Position numbers and translations under genes: made by a program
Source of the DNA: a bacterium
GTDB taxonomy: Bacteria > Hinthialibacterota > Hinthialibacteria > H5-UNCL2
Length of the DNA stretch: 64,000 bases
Assembly: GCA_015075175.1 (NCBI GenBank)
Contig: JABTUV010000008.1
Coordinates: forward strand, 329-64,328
Direction: 5' to 3'
Part shown: positions 1-9,580 of the stretch, in pieces
How positions within the stretch are numbered: the first letter of the stretch is position 1
Layout: each line of letters begins with the position of its first letter
The notes under the pieces: generated by a model
The model's input: only the letters and a program-made list of their open reading frames with translations
What the model was told of the DNA's origin: nothing
The model's database searches: none

Positions 1-363
1 ATAGAGGATGCACAGAAACACGAGGAACCAGAGCAAAAACAGGAACTTGCCCTGCTGGATGAGATAGGTCTTGCAGGTTTCCCAAATGGTGTCGGAGACG
101 GCGGTCATGGACTTGTGGGCGGGCAGGGCGGCGATTTGCCGGTACTGGATCAGGCCGAAAACGAGTCCGATGAGGCAGACCACGAGGCCGATCTTCAGGA
201 GGAGAAGACCCGAGAGGGAACCGTCGAGAAACATGACTTGCGAGAGATCGGGGAGTCTTATGTCAGCCTCACCCGCCAGGGCGGGCACGACTCCGAGGGT
301 CGCCGCGAGCGCCAAAAGGAACAGACCGCGCAGACGCTCCCGGTTTGCGATGGATTTACACAC
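1..363 (-). CDS. hppA: membrane-bound H+/Na+-translocating pyrophosphatase, N-terminal fragment (gene continues beyond window start)
   Basis: Absent from the ORF track because it is open at the window edge. Minus-strand translation from GTG at 363 (AAGGAG at 374-379) gives VCKSIANRERLRGLFLLALAATLGVVPALAGEADIRLPDLSQVMFLDGSLSGLLLLKIGLVVCLIGLVFGLIQYRQIAALPAHKSMTAVSDTIWETCKTYLIQQGKFLFLLWFLVFLCILY. A TM helix is followed by an M-x-x-[VI]S-x-x-I-x-E-x-x-x-x-YL-x-xQ loop, as in the first cytoplasmic loop of membrane PPases. The call is from motif memory only. Confidence 0.5.
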   Translation of the reverse strand, partial: MCKSIANRERLRGLFLLALAATLGVVPALAGEADIRLPDLSQVMFLDGSLSGLLLLKIGLVVCLIGLVFGLIQYRQIAALPAHKSMTAVSDTIWETCKTYLIQQGKFLFLLWFLVFLCILY

Positions 364-685
364 GATGACGACACTCCTTCAAAGAAAGAAATCGGTTGAG
401 TTTGAGGACCGCGGCGGACCGGCAGGCCTGCCGTATCCCGCCTGTGAGAGACGGCCCGACTCAGTACCTTTTCGGACGCGGGACGAAAAGTAAAGCGAAA
501 AAACGCCCGCGCGGGAAGGCCCGCACCGTCGCGCCGCCGCGCCGGGTCTCGCAGCGCCGGCGTCCCGCCGGCTCGCGTGCGGACATGCTGCCCGCGCGCT
601 TCGGTCGATCTCCGTCGCGATCAAAAACGCCTGCGTGCCGGAGACGGTGCGCGATGCGCACCCTACGTGCCATGCGTCCGATTGA

Positions 686-2381
686 CTACATCTTCTCCAT
701 GGGCGTCATGCCGAGGAGCCGCATGCCGGAGGCGAGGACGATCTGCGCGGACCAGAAGAGCCGCAGGCGGGCCTGCGCGCGCGCGCGCGCCTCCCCCTTC
801 ACGCGATCCTCGTGATACGCCTTATGCAGCGCCCCCGCCACGTCCAAGAGATAGTTGGCGATCACGGACGGCTCGCACGCCTCCGCCGCCCGCGCCACCT
901 GGTCGGGATAGTGCAGGAGCAGCCGCGCCAGCTCGATCATCTCCGGCTCGGACAGTTGCCCGACGTCAACCTCCTCGACGAGCTCCACGCCCGCCTTGCG
1001 GATGATGCCGGCGACCCGCGCGTGCGCGTTCTGGAGGTAGATGCCGGTGCGCCCCTCGAACGAGAGAAACCGGTCCCAGTCGAAGTCGTAGTTCTTGATG
1101 CGGCGGTTGCAGAGGTCGGCGAAAAGAATGGCGGAGATGCCCGCCACGTCGGCGGTAGCCTCGGGATCGTCCACTTCGGCGAATTTCTCCGGGTTTTCCC
1201 GCATGCGCTCAAAGGCGCGGGCCTTGCCCTCGTTGAGCAGGTCATCCAGAAACACCGCCTCGCCCTTGCGCGTGGACATGCCGTGCACGCGCCCGAACTC
1301 GACGTGCCGGCAATGGTCCGCCCACTCGTGTCCCAGCAGGGCCAGAATGCGAAACAACTGCTTGAAGTGCAGTGTCTGGTCGGCGGCGACCACGTAGAAC
1401 AGCCTGTCGAAATGGTAGCGTTCCCAGCGGTCGCGGGCGGCGGCCAGGTCGCGCGTCAGGTAGAGGGTGGCCCCGTCGCGCTTGCGGATGAGGGCCACCC
1501 CCAGCCCGTCGCCGGACAGATCGACCACCTCCGCGCCCTCCGAGACCGTAAGCAGCCCCTTCTTCTTCAAGTCCTGGACGACCGGTTCCATTTTGCCTTG
1601 GTAGCAGCTCTCGCCGGAGTACTCGTCGAAGGAGACGCCCAGCCGCGCATAGACGCGGCGCGCCTCCTCGATGGAGAGTTCGCGGAAGCGCCGCCACAGC
1701 GCAAGGGTCTTCTCGTCGCCCGCCTCCATGCCTGCGAAGATGCGCCGCGCCTCCTCGTGTATGGACGGGTCCGCCTCCGCCTCGCGGTTGGCCTGGATGT
1801 AGAGCTCGACCAGATGGCCGATGGCGTTTTCCCTCAGTTTGCGTTCACTGCCCCAGCGGCGAAAGGCGTAGACGAGCAGTCCGAACTGCTTGCCCCAGTC
1901 GCCCAGGTAGTTGATGCCCACCACGCGGTAGCCGAGCGCCTCGTAGAGGCGGCGAATACTGTTGCCGATGATGGTGCTGCGCAGATGCCCGACGTGAAAC
2001 GGTTTGGCGATGTTGGGCGAGGAATAATCGATGACGACGGTTTTGCCCGCACCCACCTGACTCGTACCGTAACGTTCGCGTTCACGATAAATCCGGTCAA
2101 GCACGGACTCCATGAGAACGTCGGGTTTGATCCTGAAATTGAGAAACGGTCCCAGCGCGGCGGCCTCATAGCTGCGCTCACCGCCCGAGAGTTGGGCGGC
2201 GAGCCTGGCGGCGACCTTGTTGGGCGCGCGGCCTTCTGCCGCGGCTGAGTATGAAGCAGGGCAGGGCCAAATCGCCGTGCGAGGAGTCCGCCGGCTGTTC
2301 CAGGAGCGCGACCGTCTGCTGAACGGAACGCTTCAAGAGCGGGGCCAGATCGACGGCGACCTGCCGGACGAACGATTGCAT
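686..2381 (-). CDS. argS: arginine--tRNA ligase, split by one apparent frameshift near 2235-2262
   Basis: ORF 686..2113 carries the class I core (SSPNIAKPFHVGHLRSTIIGN). ORF 2178..2381 carries the Arg_tRNA_synt_N motif HGDLALPCFILS. Reading on from that point in the frame of the main ORF gives AAAEGRAPNKVAARLAAQLSGGERSYEAAALGPFLNFRIKPDVLMESVLDRI, contiguous with the 475-aa ORF. Confidence 0.9.
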
Positions 2382-2478
2382 GGATGCTCCTCTGCGCCTT
2401 CCACAGGCGGAGTACGAACTTCAGTTTGCGCCTTGAAGAGCAAACTGAAGTCTTTACGCCGGAAACGTGCGCCGCGGA

Positions 2479-4206
2479 TTATTCCGGCAGCGCGGCGAGC
2501 GCTCTTTCGACCTCGGCGACCAGCGGCTCCAGCGTCTTTTTGGACAGGTCGAAGGCGAGCCCTGCCGTGGCAAAGAGCTCGGGCAGGGGACGGCCGCCGC
2601 CCAGCGCCAACGCCTGCTTGTATTGCGCGACCGCCTGTTTTGGATCGTGCCGGTAATTCACCCATAACTGCAAGGCCCCCATTTGGGCAATGCCGTACTC
2701 GATGTAATAGAAGGGGGAAGTGAAAAGATGCGACTGGCGGTGCCAGGCATAGTCGCGCGCGTCCTCCAGCCCCGACCAGTCCACGTCGTGACCGAAGCGG
2801 GCGACCAGTCCCCGCCAGGCGTCGCGCCGCTCCTCGGGCGTGTGCTCGGGGCGCCGATAGATCCAGTGCTGGAAGGCGTCGATGGTCGCGCACCAGGGAA
2901 AGAACATGACCGTGCCCTCCAGATGCTGGCGGAGGCTGCGGGCGGCTTCGCCGTCGTCGTAGAAGGGCTCCAGCTTGTCGCAGCACAACAGTTCCATGCC
3001 CATGCTGGCGACTTCGCAGAACTCCAGCGGCGCATGGCGGTAGGAAAGCAGGGAGATGTCCCGCGCCGCCATGGAGTGAAAGGCGTGCCCGCCCTCGTGC
3101 AGCAGCGTGAACAAGTCGTTGTTGGTTCCCGCGGCGTTCATGAAGATGAAGGGCAGGCGCACCTCCGAAAGCGTGCTCTGGTAGCCGCCGGGCGCTTTGC
3201 CCTTGCGGCTGTCCAGATCCAACAGGCCGCGGTCGATCATCATGAGAAAGGTTCCGCCGAAGTCGCGGTCCACGTTGCGGAAGACCTCTTGGCACTTTTC
3301 CGACAACTCGCGCCCGCTCTGGAAGGGCCGCAGCGGCGGCCGCCCCAGCTCATCCACCGAGAGGTCCCAGGGCCGCAGGGCGGAAAGCCCCATGTTCTTC
3401 TTGCGCCGAGCGTTGATCCTGCGCATGAAGGGCACGGCGCACGTCTCGACCGCCTCGTGAAACGCCTCGCAGTCCGCCGGCGTGTAATCGAAACGCAACT
3501 TCTTGGGGAAGATGTACTCGACGTAGTCGGGATAGTCGGCGTTCTCTGCGATGCGATGGCGCAGATGCACCATCCTGCCGTAGAGTTCGTCCAGCTTCTG
3601 CCGATCCGCCAGGCGCCGGTCGGCCACCAGCCGCCAAGCCTCCTCGCGTTCGGCGCGGTCGGTGGACTCCAGATGGATGGCCATCTGCTGCAGCGTCTTC
3701 TCCTCGCCCCGGAAAACCACCGTCATGGCGCCCATGATTTTCTGGTATTGCTGGCGCATCTGGGCGTCTTCCTTTTCCAGCTCGACGTTGGCCTGTCGGA
3801 ACAGCTTGACTTCCGTCTCCAGGTCGCGGTCGTGGACGAACAGGAACCGCCGGTCCAGCGACCGGCGGTGGGGGCAGGCCAGATACTTTTGCGAGAGGCG
3901 CTGGCCGATGGGCTTGGCCTTGGGCCAGATTTCGTTGATCATGTGGAGATGGCGGGATTCGGCCACGGGGTCGGAGGTGGCGCAAGTCATTTCAATGTGA
4001 CGGCGGGCCGATTCCTCGCCCAGGCAGGCGTAGAGTTCGTCGCAGTCCTCCATCCAGCGGGTCAAGGCGGTGGGACTGTCCAGCGGGCGCGCCTCCAGCT
4101 CGGCAAGCAGCGCCTCCAGTGTCGGCCAGTCGGCCAAGTCCGCATCCGCGGGCACGTATCGGCGCGGGTAGTCGCCCGGTCGTTCTACGGCGATGGGTGA
4201 AGGCAT
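2479..4206 (-). CDS. pepF: M3 family oligoendopeptidase F
   Basis: 575-aa ORF with the zinc motif HEGGHAFH and typical M3B length. GAGGAG lies upstream of the ATG at 4206. Confidence 0.85.
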   Translation of the reverse strand: MPSPIAVERPGDYPRRYVPADADLADWPTLEALLAELEARPLDSPTALTRWMEDCDELYACLGEESARRHIEMTCATSDPVAESRHLHMINEIWPKAKPIGQRLSQKYLACPHRRSLDRRFLFVHDRDLETEVKLFRQANVELEKEDAQMRQQYQKIMGAMTVVFRGEEKTLQQMAIHLESTDRAEREEAWRLVADRRLADRQKLDELYGRMVHLRHRIAENADYPDYVEYIFPKKLRFDYTPADCEAFHEAVETCAVPFMRRINARRKKNMGLSALRPWDLSVDELGRPPLRPFQSGRELSEKCQEVFRNVDRDFGGTFLMMIDRGLLDLDSRKGKAPGGYQSTLSEVRLPFIFMNAAGTNNDLFTLLHEGGHAFHSMAARDISLLSYRHAPLEFCEVASMGMELLCCDKLEPFYDDGEAARSLRQHLEGTVMFFPWCATIDAFQHWIYRRPEHTPEERRDAWRGLVARFGHDVDWSGLEDARDYAWHRQSHLFTSPFYYIEYGIAQMGALQLWVNYRHDPKQAVAQYKQALALGGGRPLPELFATAGLAFDLSKKTLEPLVAEVERALAALPE

Positions 4207-4347
4207 GGGAATCTCCTCGGTATCGATTGCAGCGGCAAACAGCCGCCTTGCACCCTAGCGAACCGGAAGTGGCCTGTCCAGACCGCAGAATCGGGCGCAT
4301 GGCCGCGCTTGCCAATCCTCCTGCGACTTCCCATAGTCCGCACCATC

Positions 4348-5400
4348 ATGCAACGCGCAAACAGGCCCTGCCGCTTTGTGGGCGCCGTCATTCTGGCCGC
4401 CTACCTGTGGGGCGTCGATTTCCGGTCCATGTGGCAATCCCTGAAGGAAGCGCGCTACGCCTGGGTCGCGCCGATCGTGGCCGCCAACATTTTCTCCATC
4501 TATACCCGCGCCATGCGCTGGCGCATCTTCCTCTGGAATACCAAGCCGCTCTCGCCCGGCACCCTCTTCGTCACCCAATCGATCGGATTCTTCGCCATTC
4601 TGGCGGTCCCCGCCAGAATGGGGGAAGTGGTCAAGATGTTTCTCGTGCACAAGAAGGACGGCGTGCCCTTCGGCGCCGCCGCCGCGACCGTCCTGTTGGA
4701 GCGCGTCTTCGATCTGGTCACCGTGCTGCTCATGCTGGTCTGGGTGCTGGCGACGTTTACTTTGGGGGACAAGACCGTTCCCATTTTCGGAGCGGAACTC
4801 AACATCAGCGACTTCGTGGCCACCGCCGGGCGGGGATTCGCGGTTTTGTGCGCGGCGCTGGTTGTCTTTATCGTCGCCTTGGCCTTCGCTCCCGCGCCGG
4901 TACACAGGCTGACCGAGACCGCTTGCCGCGTGCTTCCGCGCGTCCTGGCCGACAAGCTTCTGGGGTTGCTGCATTCTTTTGAAGACGGCCTGTCGGTCCT
5001 GAAGACGCCCACGCAGTTGTTCTGGAGCATCGTGTGGACGCTGGCGACCTGGACGGCCATCGTCTCGACCGAGTACATGCTGTTCTTCGCGTTCGAGATG
5101 CCCTTCGGGCCGGGGGCGGCGGTCGCCTTGTGCGCCATCCTGGCGCTAGCGGTGGCCATTCCCGGCCTGCCGGGATTCGTGGGCGTGTTCCAGGCCGCCT
5201 GTGTGATCGTCTTCACCGGGCTCCTCGGCCATCCCCGACAGGCCGGCGTGGACGCCTACGCCAACCTCTTGTGGGTGGTGCAGGTCGTGCCGCTGCTTGT
5301 GATGGGTTACTTCTTCCTCGTCAAAGTGGGGCTGTCGTTCTCGCGCCTGCGGCATGTGGAGGAGGAGATCAACACCGAAGGTCGGGACGCTTTCGCCTGA
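4348..5400 (+). CDS. lysylphosphatidylglycerol-synthase-TM-like (flippase-like, UPF0104) integral membrane protein
   Basis: Polytopic membrane ORF whose N-terminus (AVILAAYLWGVDFRSMWQSLKEARYAWVAPIVAANIFSIYTRAMRWRIFL) is typical of the LPG_synthase_TM family. The ATG at 4348 is preferred over the TTG at 4309. Confidence 0.6.
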   Translation: MQRANRPCRFVGAVILAAYLWGVDFRSMWQSLKEARYAWVAPIVAANIFSIYTRAMRWRIFLWNTKPLSPGTLFVTQSIGFFAILAVPARMGEVVKMFLVHKKDGVPFGAAAATVLLERVFDLVTVLLMLVWVLATFTLGDKTVPIFGAELNISDFVATAGRGFAVLCAALVVFIVALAFAPAPVHRLTETACRVLPRVLADKLLGLLHSFEDGLSVLKTPTQLFWSIVWTLATWTAIVSTEYMLFFAFEMPFGPGAAVALCAILALAVAIPGLPGFVGVFQAACVIVFTGLLGHPRQAGVDAYANLLWVVQVVPLLVMGYFFLVKVGLSFSRLRHVEEEINTEGRDAFA

Positions 5401-5436
5401 AGCTCGGCGTCCGTTGCCAAGCCAGGCGCGCGCGCC

Positions 5437-6543
5437 TCACAGCGGATAGCGCTGCGATAGCGCCAGCGGCGGGCAATCGCTCCCCAGCGCGCGCAGAAGC
5501 AAGTCGCGCATCGCGGGCACGAAGAAGCGCTCCGTCTCGGCGTGCCCGGCAACGATGACGGGCAGCCCGGCGTGCCGCGCCTCCAGCTGGCCGGCGTAAC
5601 CCAGCTCGCCCACCATCACGACATCCGGCCGCGACGCGATGATCTCTCCCAGGGCCGAATTGCCCCCGCCCGGACAAACCGCTACCGTCTGCACCGCGCG
5701 GGATTCGTCCCATCCTCTCGGCGACACGACGCGCGGCGGGACGGTCAGACAGATATTCTCCCGCACCCGTTCCGCCAATTGGGACAATGCCAGCGGTTGC
5801 GGCAGGCGCCCCTGCCAGACGTACTGCGCTCGCGACTTTACTTCCGCCAGCCGGTACACGTCGTAGGCGACTTCCTCATAGGGATGCGCGCGCAACATGG
5901 CCGCAATCACAAGAGGCAGTCGGTCTTCCGGCACGACCATCTCCAGGCGCATCTCCTCGACCTCCTCCAGCCGGCCCGACTGGCCGACGGTGGGACTCGT
6001 GCCCGCGAGGCCCAGAAACGTACCGGTGCCGGGCGAGCCGAACGAGCACATGACGTAGTCGCCGATGCGGCCCGCGCCGGCGTCGCTCATGGCGGACAGA
6101 ACCGCGTTGCGATGCGAGGCGGGAACGAACACGGCCAGCTTGAACTCCGCCGGCCTGGGGGGAGGGGCCAAGGGAACCAAGTCCGACAACTCCAATCGCC
6201 GGCCCAGCTCGTGGACCATGCCAAAAGGCGAGTTGTCGAAGTTGGTGTGGGCCACGTAGACGGCCAGGCGCGCCTCCAAGAGCGCGCGCAGCACGTCGTT
6301 CTGGCGGCTGCCGGCGCGAACGTGCGTCAACGGCTCGCGGATGACCGGGTGGTGGACGACGACCAGGTTGGCCCCCGCCGCCCGCGCCGCCGGCACGTCC
6401 TCGACCTCCAGGTCCAGCGTCAGGTAGACGCCCGACAGTTCCGTGTCGGCATCCCCCGCTTGCAGGCCGATCCTGTCCTCGGGGAAGGCCGCGCCCGGAG
6501 GCAGCTTTTCCTCCAACCGCGCCAGAAACTCACCCAGCCGCAT
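5437..6543 (-). CDS. Nif3-like dinuclear metal centre protein (YqfO/YbgI family, long form)
   Basis: 368-aa ORF. The N-terminal MRLGEFLARLEEKLPPGAAFPEDRIGLQAGD, the HHP and HTNFD motifs and the C-terminal GH-x-ETE are characteristic of NIF3. Confidence 0.8.
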   Translation of the reverse strand: MRLGEFLARLEEKLPPGAAFPEDRIGLQAGDADTELSGVYLTLDLEVEDVPAARAAGANLVVVHHPVIREPLTHVRAGSRQNDVLRALLEARLAVYVAHTNFDNSPFGMVHELGRRLELSDLVPLAPPPRPAEFKLAVFVPASHRNAVLSAMSDAGAGRIGDYVMCSFGSPGTGTFLGLAGTSPTVGQSGRLEEVEEMRLEMVVPEDRLPLVIAAMLRAHPYEEVAYDVYRLAEVKSRAQYVWQGRLPQPLALSQLAERVRENICLTVPPRVVSPRGWDESRAVQTVAVCPGGGNSALGEIIASRPDVVMVGELGYAGQLEARHAGLPVIVAGHAETERFFVPAMRDLLLRALGSDCPPLALSQRYPL

Positions 6544-6569
6544 GGCCTCGATCCGATGGAAGGGAGTAG

Positions 6570-6643
6570 TGGGCCCAGTAGGATTTGAACCTACGACCCG
6601 CCGATTATGAGTCGGCCGCTCTGACCAACTGAGCTATGGGCCC
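6570..6643 (-). tRNA. tRNA with CAU anticodon (elongator Met, or lysidine-type Ile2)
   Basis: Minus strand: GGGCCCATAGCTCAGTTGGTCAGAGCGGCCGACTCATAATCGGCGGGTCGTAGGTTCAAATCCTACTGGGCCCA. It folds as a full cloverleaf: acceptor GGGCCCA/TGGGCCC, D stem GCTC/GAGC, anticodon stem GCCGA/TCGGC with loop CTCATAA, and T stem GTAGG/CCTAC. CCA is not encoded. It is not an initiator, because pair 1:72 is Watson-Crick. Confidence 0.9.
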
Positions 6644-6784
6644 AAGTCCTCGATGCGTCGGTAGCTTAGAGAGTCTGGTGAGCACGGTCAAGCCCCCGGC
6701 GATGGGTGCAGCCGCCAAAATGGACGGCTGCAAATCGCGCGGAACCGCTCCCGGCGGTCGCCGCGGCTGCGGGGGGGCCGAGCC

Positions 6785-6955
6785 GTCACTTCGACCGAAC
6801 CACGTTGTCATTTCGACCGGGCCACGTTGTCAATTCGACCGGGCCACGTTGTCATTCCGACCGGGCCACGTTGTCATTTCGACCGAAGGGAGAAATCTCA
6901 CCCGCCACCACCGCGGCTCGAGGTGGTAGGAGATTTCTCCCTTCGGTCAAATGAC
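6785..6955. repeat. four 22-nt tandem units followed by a long near-perfect hairpin (25/26-bp arms)
   Basis: Units GTCA[CAT]TT[CT]CGACCG[AG][AG]CCACGTT start at 6785, 6807, 6829 and 6851. A fifth unit opens the inverted repeat GTCATTTCGACCGAAGGGAGAAATCT (6873-6898) / AGATTTCTCCCTTCGGTCAAATGAC (6931-6955). The 32-nt spacer contains an inner CCACC/GGTGG stem. Confidence 0.85.
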
Positions 6956-7515
6956 AGATCCACCGCCATGCACGTGTAAGAAGCTTCCATCTGCCCCCCG
7001 CCGCGAGGCATCTCCCCCTTGACAAAGGGGGCGGGTGGGGCCATGCCCCGTAGTTGCGCAGCGCTTGGCCCCGAGTAGGCCAGAGGTTGTATCGAGGGGG
7101 GCTGCGCCTTGCCCCAACCGCCCAAGGTGCGGCGCGGCGGCAAGCTGCCGCAGTCCCCATCGCCTCCCTTAACAAGAAGGTGTGGGAGGATGGCGCGGCG
7201 TGGTGGAGAGGCACGGTCACGTGCGAGGCGTTGCCTCACCCGCGGAAGGTGAAGGCGGACGCAGCTCCGAAGGCGGTCCCGGCGCGTCCCGTTGGTCCAC
7301 TCCATACACCGGAATACCGGCTACCGCCGGACTCGGGTTATTTCTCGCGCAACCCTGCCCAGGCCCATTCTTGCGAGCAGTCGTCGATTTTGATTGCCCT
7401 GTCCCGCGTGCCGGGGGTACCATCATACCGGACCCCAGCGGGTGCATGTCAGCCCGGAGAGGGTTCGTCGGCGGCCTGCCTGGGGTTCCACAACCTCGGA
7501 GAGGAGGCGCGTATC

Positions 7516-7977
7516 ATGCCCGCCCGTTTGCTCAAGGAATTCCTGGACAGTCACGGCGTCAAGTACGAGACCATTCCCCATACGCCTGCCTACACCGCGC
7601 AGGAGATTGCGGCGACCGCTCACATCCCCGGCAAGGAGATGGCCAAAACCGTGGTGGTGAAGCTGGACGGCAAGATGGCGATGGCGGTATTGCCGGCCTG
7701 CAACCAGTTGTCGCTGGAGCGGTTGCGCGCCGCCACCCACGCCGGCCGGGCCGAACTGGCGGGCGAGGTTGAGTTCAAGGACCGCTTCCCCGGCTGCGAA
7801 ATCGGCGCCATGCCCCCCTTCGGCAATCTCTTCGACATGCCCGTCTACGTGGCCCGGAAGCTGGTCGAGGACGAGGAGATCGCCTTCAACGCGGGCTCCC
7901 ACACCGAAGTCGTCAAGATGCAGTACAAGGACTTCGAGCGTCTGGTGCATCCGCAGGTGGTGGAGATGGCGATGTAA
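7516..7977 (+). CDS. YbaK/EbsC-type aminoacyl-tRNA deacylase domain protein
   Basis: An internal ATG at 7516 is preceded by GGAGAGGAGG. The 153-aa product MPARLLKEFLDSHGVKYETIPHTPAYTAQEIAA...KTVVVKLDGKMAMAVLPA...GAMPPFGNLF...IAFNAGSH fits the YbaK/ProRS-associated editing fold. The upstream part of ORF 7054..7977 is repeat-derived sequence. Confidence 0.7.
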   Translation: MPARLLKEFLDSHGVKYETIPHTPAYTAQEIAATAHIPGKEMAKTVVVKLDGKMAMAVLPACNQLSLERLRAATHAGRAELAGEVEFKDRFPGCEIGAMPPFGNLFDMPVYVARKLVEDEEIAFNAGSHTEVVKMQYKDFERLVHPQVVEMAM

Positions 7978-8164
7978 CGCCGGGAAAATGAGGTCAGCGC
8001 CTATTTATGTGGGGACTCCTGCCGGTCCCGGACGGCGTGCGGGCATCAATAGGCGCTGACCCCATTTTTCCTTTCTTTTGCCCGCGTTCCACCCTACAAT
8101 TCGCCGTTGTCAAGACGACAAGCGATTCTTTGCTTTGAACCATCCTTACCTCGGAGGAATCATC

Positions 8165-9580
8165 ATGGGCTTTCGCGTTGAAAAGGACTCGATGGGCGAG
8201 TTCAAAGTGCCGGAGGAGATGCTCTACGGCGCGCAGACGGCGCGCGCGGTGGATAATTTCCCGGTCTCCGGCCAGGGCATCGGGCGCGAGATGATCCGCG
8301 CGCTCGGGCTGATCAAGTTCGCCGCCGCCCAGGTCAACGTTGACCTGGGACTCGTTCCCAAGGACATCGCCCAGGCCATCCAGAAGGCGGCCCAGGAGGT
8401 CATCGACGGCAAGCTGGACGCCCACTTTCCCGTGGATGTTTTCCAAACCGGCTCGGGTACCAGCAGTAACATGAACGTCAACGAGGTCATCTCCAACCGC
8501 GCCATACAGATGCTGGGAGGCAAGGTGGGCAGCAAGACGCCCGTGCATCCCAATGACCACGTCAACTTCGGCCAGTCCAGCAACGACGTCTTTCCCACCG
8601 CCATTCACGTGGCGGCGGCGACGCTGATCGAGGCCAAGCTTCTGCCGGCTCTCGGCAAACTCCATGCCTCGCTGGACCGGAAAGCGAGGGAGTGGGACGA
8701 CATCGTCAAGATCGGGCGCACGCATCTGCAGGATGCGACGCCCATCCGGCTGGGACAGGAGTTCTCCGGTTATGCCAGCCAGGTCGAACACGGCATCGAG
8801 CACATCCGGGCGGCCATGCCGCATCTGTGCGAACTGGCCCAGGGCGGAACGGCGGTGGGGACGGGGCTGAACACGCATCCCGAGTTCGGCGCGCGCATGG
8901 CGAAGAAATTGTCGCAGTTGACGGGCGTCCCGTTCACGGAGGCGCGCAACCACTTCGAGGCGCAGGCGGCGCAGGACGCCGCGGTCGCCGTCTCCGGCGC
9001 CCTCAAGACGCTGGCGGCCGGTCTCATCAAGATCGCCAACGACATTCGCTTTCTGGGCAGCGGTCCGCGCCTCGGTCTCGGTGAACTGGAGATTCCCGCG
9101 GTGCAGCCCGGCTCCTCCATCATGCCCGGCAAGGTCAATCCCGTCATCTGCGAGTCGCTCATCATGGTTTGCGCCCAGGTCATCGCCAACGACACGGCCA
9201 TCACCCTGGGCGGGCTTTATGGAAACTTTGAGCTGAATGTGATGCTGCCTCTCATCGCCCGCAACCTGTTGGAGCAGATTTCCCTCCTGTCCAACGCGAC
9301 CGTCATGTTCGCGGAAAAGCTGGTGGACAGCCTTCGCGCCAACCGCGCCGACATCGAGGGCAAGAACGAGCAGTCGCTTTCGCTGGCGACGGTGCTGGCG
9401 CCCAGAATCGGCTACGACCGCGCCGCCGAGATCGCCAAGGAGAGCTTTGCGACGCGCAGGACGGTGCGCGAGCTCTGCTTCGAGAAGAACGTGCTGCCCC
9501 GGGCCGAGCTGGAGAAGGCGCTCGACCTCCGCAGCCAGACCGAACCGAGTGCCGAGAACATCGGCAGCGCCGGCGGCTGA
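8165..9580 (+). CDS. fumC: class II fumarate hydratase
   Basis: ATG at 8165 after GGAGG. The motifs QTGSGTSSNMNVNEV and GSSIMPGKVNP identify the aspartase/fumarase superfamily. QTGSGT favours fumarase over aspartase (which has QGGAGTS). Confidence 0.9.
   Translation: MGFRVEKDSMGEFKVPEEMLYGAQTARAVDNFPVSGQGIGREMIRALGLIKFAAAQVNVDLGLVPKDIAQAIQKAAQEVIDGKLDAHFPVDVFQTGSGTSSNMNVNEVISNRAIQMLGGKVGSKTPVHPNDHVNFGQSSNDVFPTAIHVAAATLIEAKLLPALGKLHASLDRKAREWDDIVKIGRTHLQDATPIRLGQEFSGYASQVEHGIEHIRAAMPHLCELAQGGTAVGTGLNTHPEFGARMAKKLSQLTGVPFTEARNHFEAQAAQDAAVAVSGALKTLAAGLIKIANDIRFLGSGPRLGLGELEIPAVQPGSSIMPGKVNPVICESLIMVCAQVIANDTAITLGGLYGNFELNVMLPLIARNLLEQISLLSNATVMFAEKLVDSLRANRADIEGKNEQSLSLATVLAPRIGYDRAAEIAKESFATRRTVRELCFEKNVLPRAELEKALDLRSQTEPSAENIGSAGG

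Noticed and set aside
235-685. Riboswitch or leader in the 320-nt region between argS and the PPase start
   Set aside because: - The region contains one GGTGCGC...GCGCACC hairpin copy (646-666) and GC-rich sequence.
- I recognised no known riboswitch core.
812-2248. Long antisense ORFs opposite real genes
   Set aside because: - The ORFs concerned are 812..2248, 2683..4200, 7994..9595, 10389..11762, 26885..28243, 28325..29884, 29900..31162, 37892..39607, 44015..45562, 46642..47943, 49539..51167, 51364..52314, 58152..59864 and 61143..62654.
- These are typical high-GC shadow ORFs. They are Arg/Ala/Gly/Pro-rich and low-complexity, with no recognisable motifs.
- Each fully overlaps a gene with clear family signatures on the other strand.
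6785-6872. Possible CRISPR or iteron array next to a tRNA
   Set aside because: - The 22-nt units are directly abutting, with no spacers.
- There are no cas genes, rep genes or integrase nearby.
- It is reported as a tandem repeat only.
6570-7515. Integrative element at the tRNA-CAU or tRNA-Leu (20800-20883) loci
   Set aside because: - There is no integrase, excisionase or direct repeat of a tRNA 3' end.
- The flanks contain only short palindromic repeats and ordinary genes.
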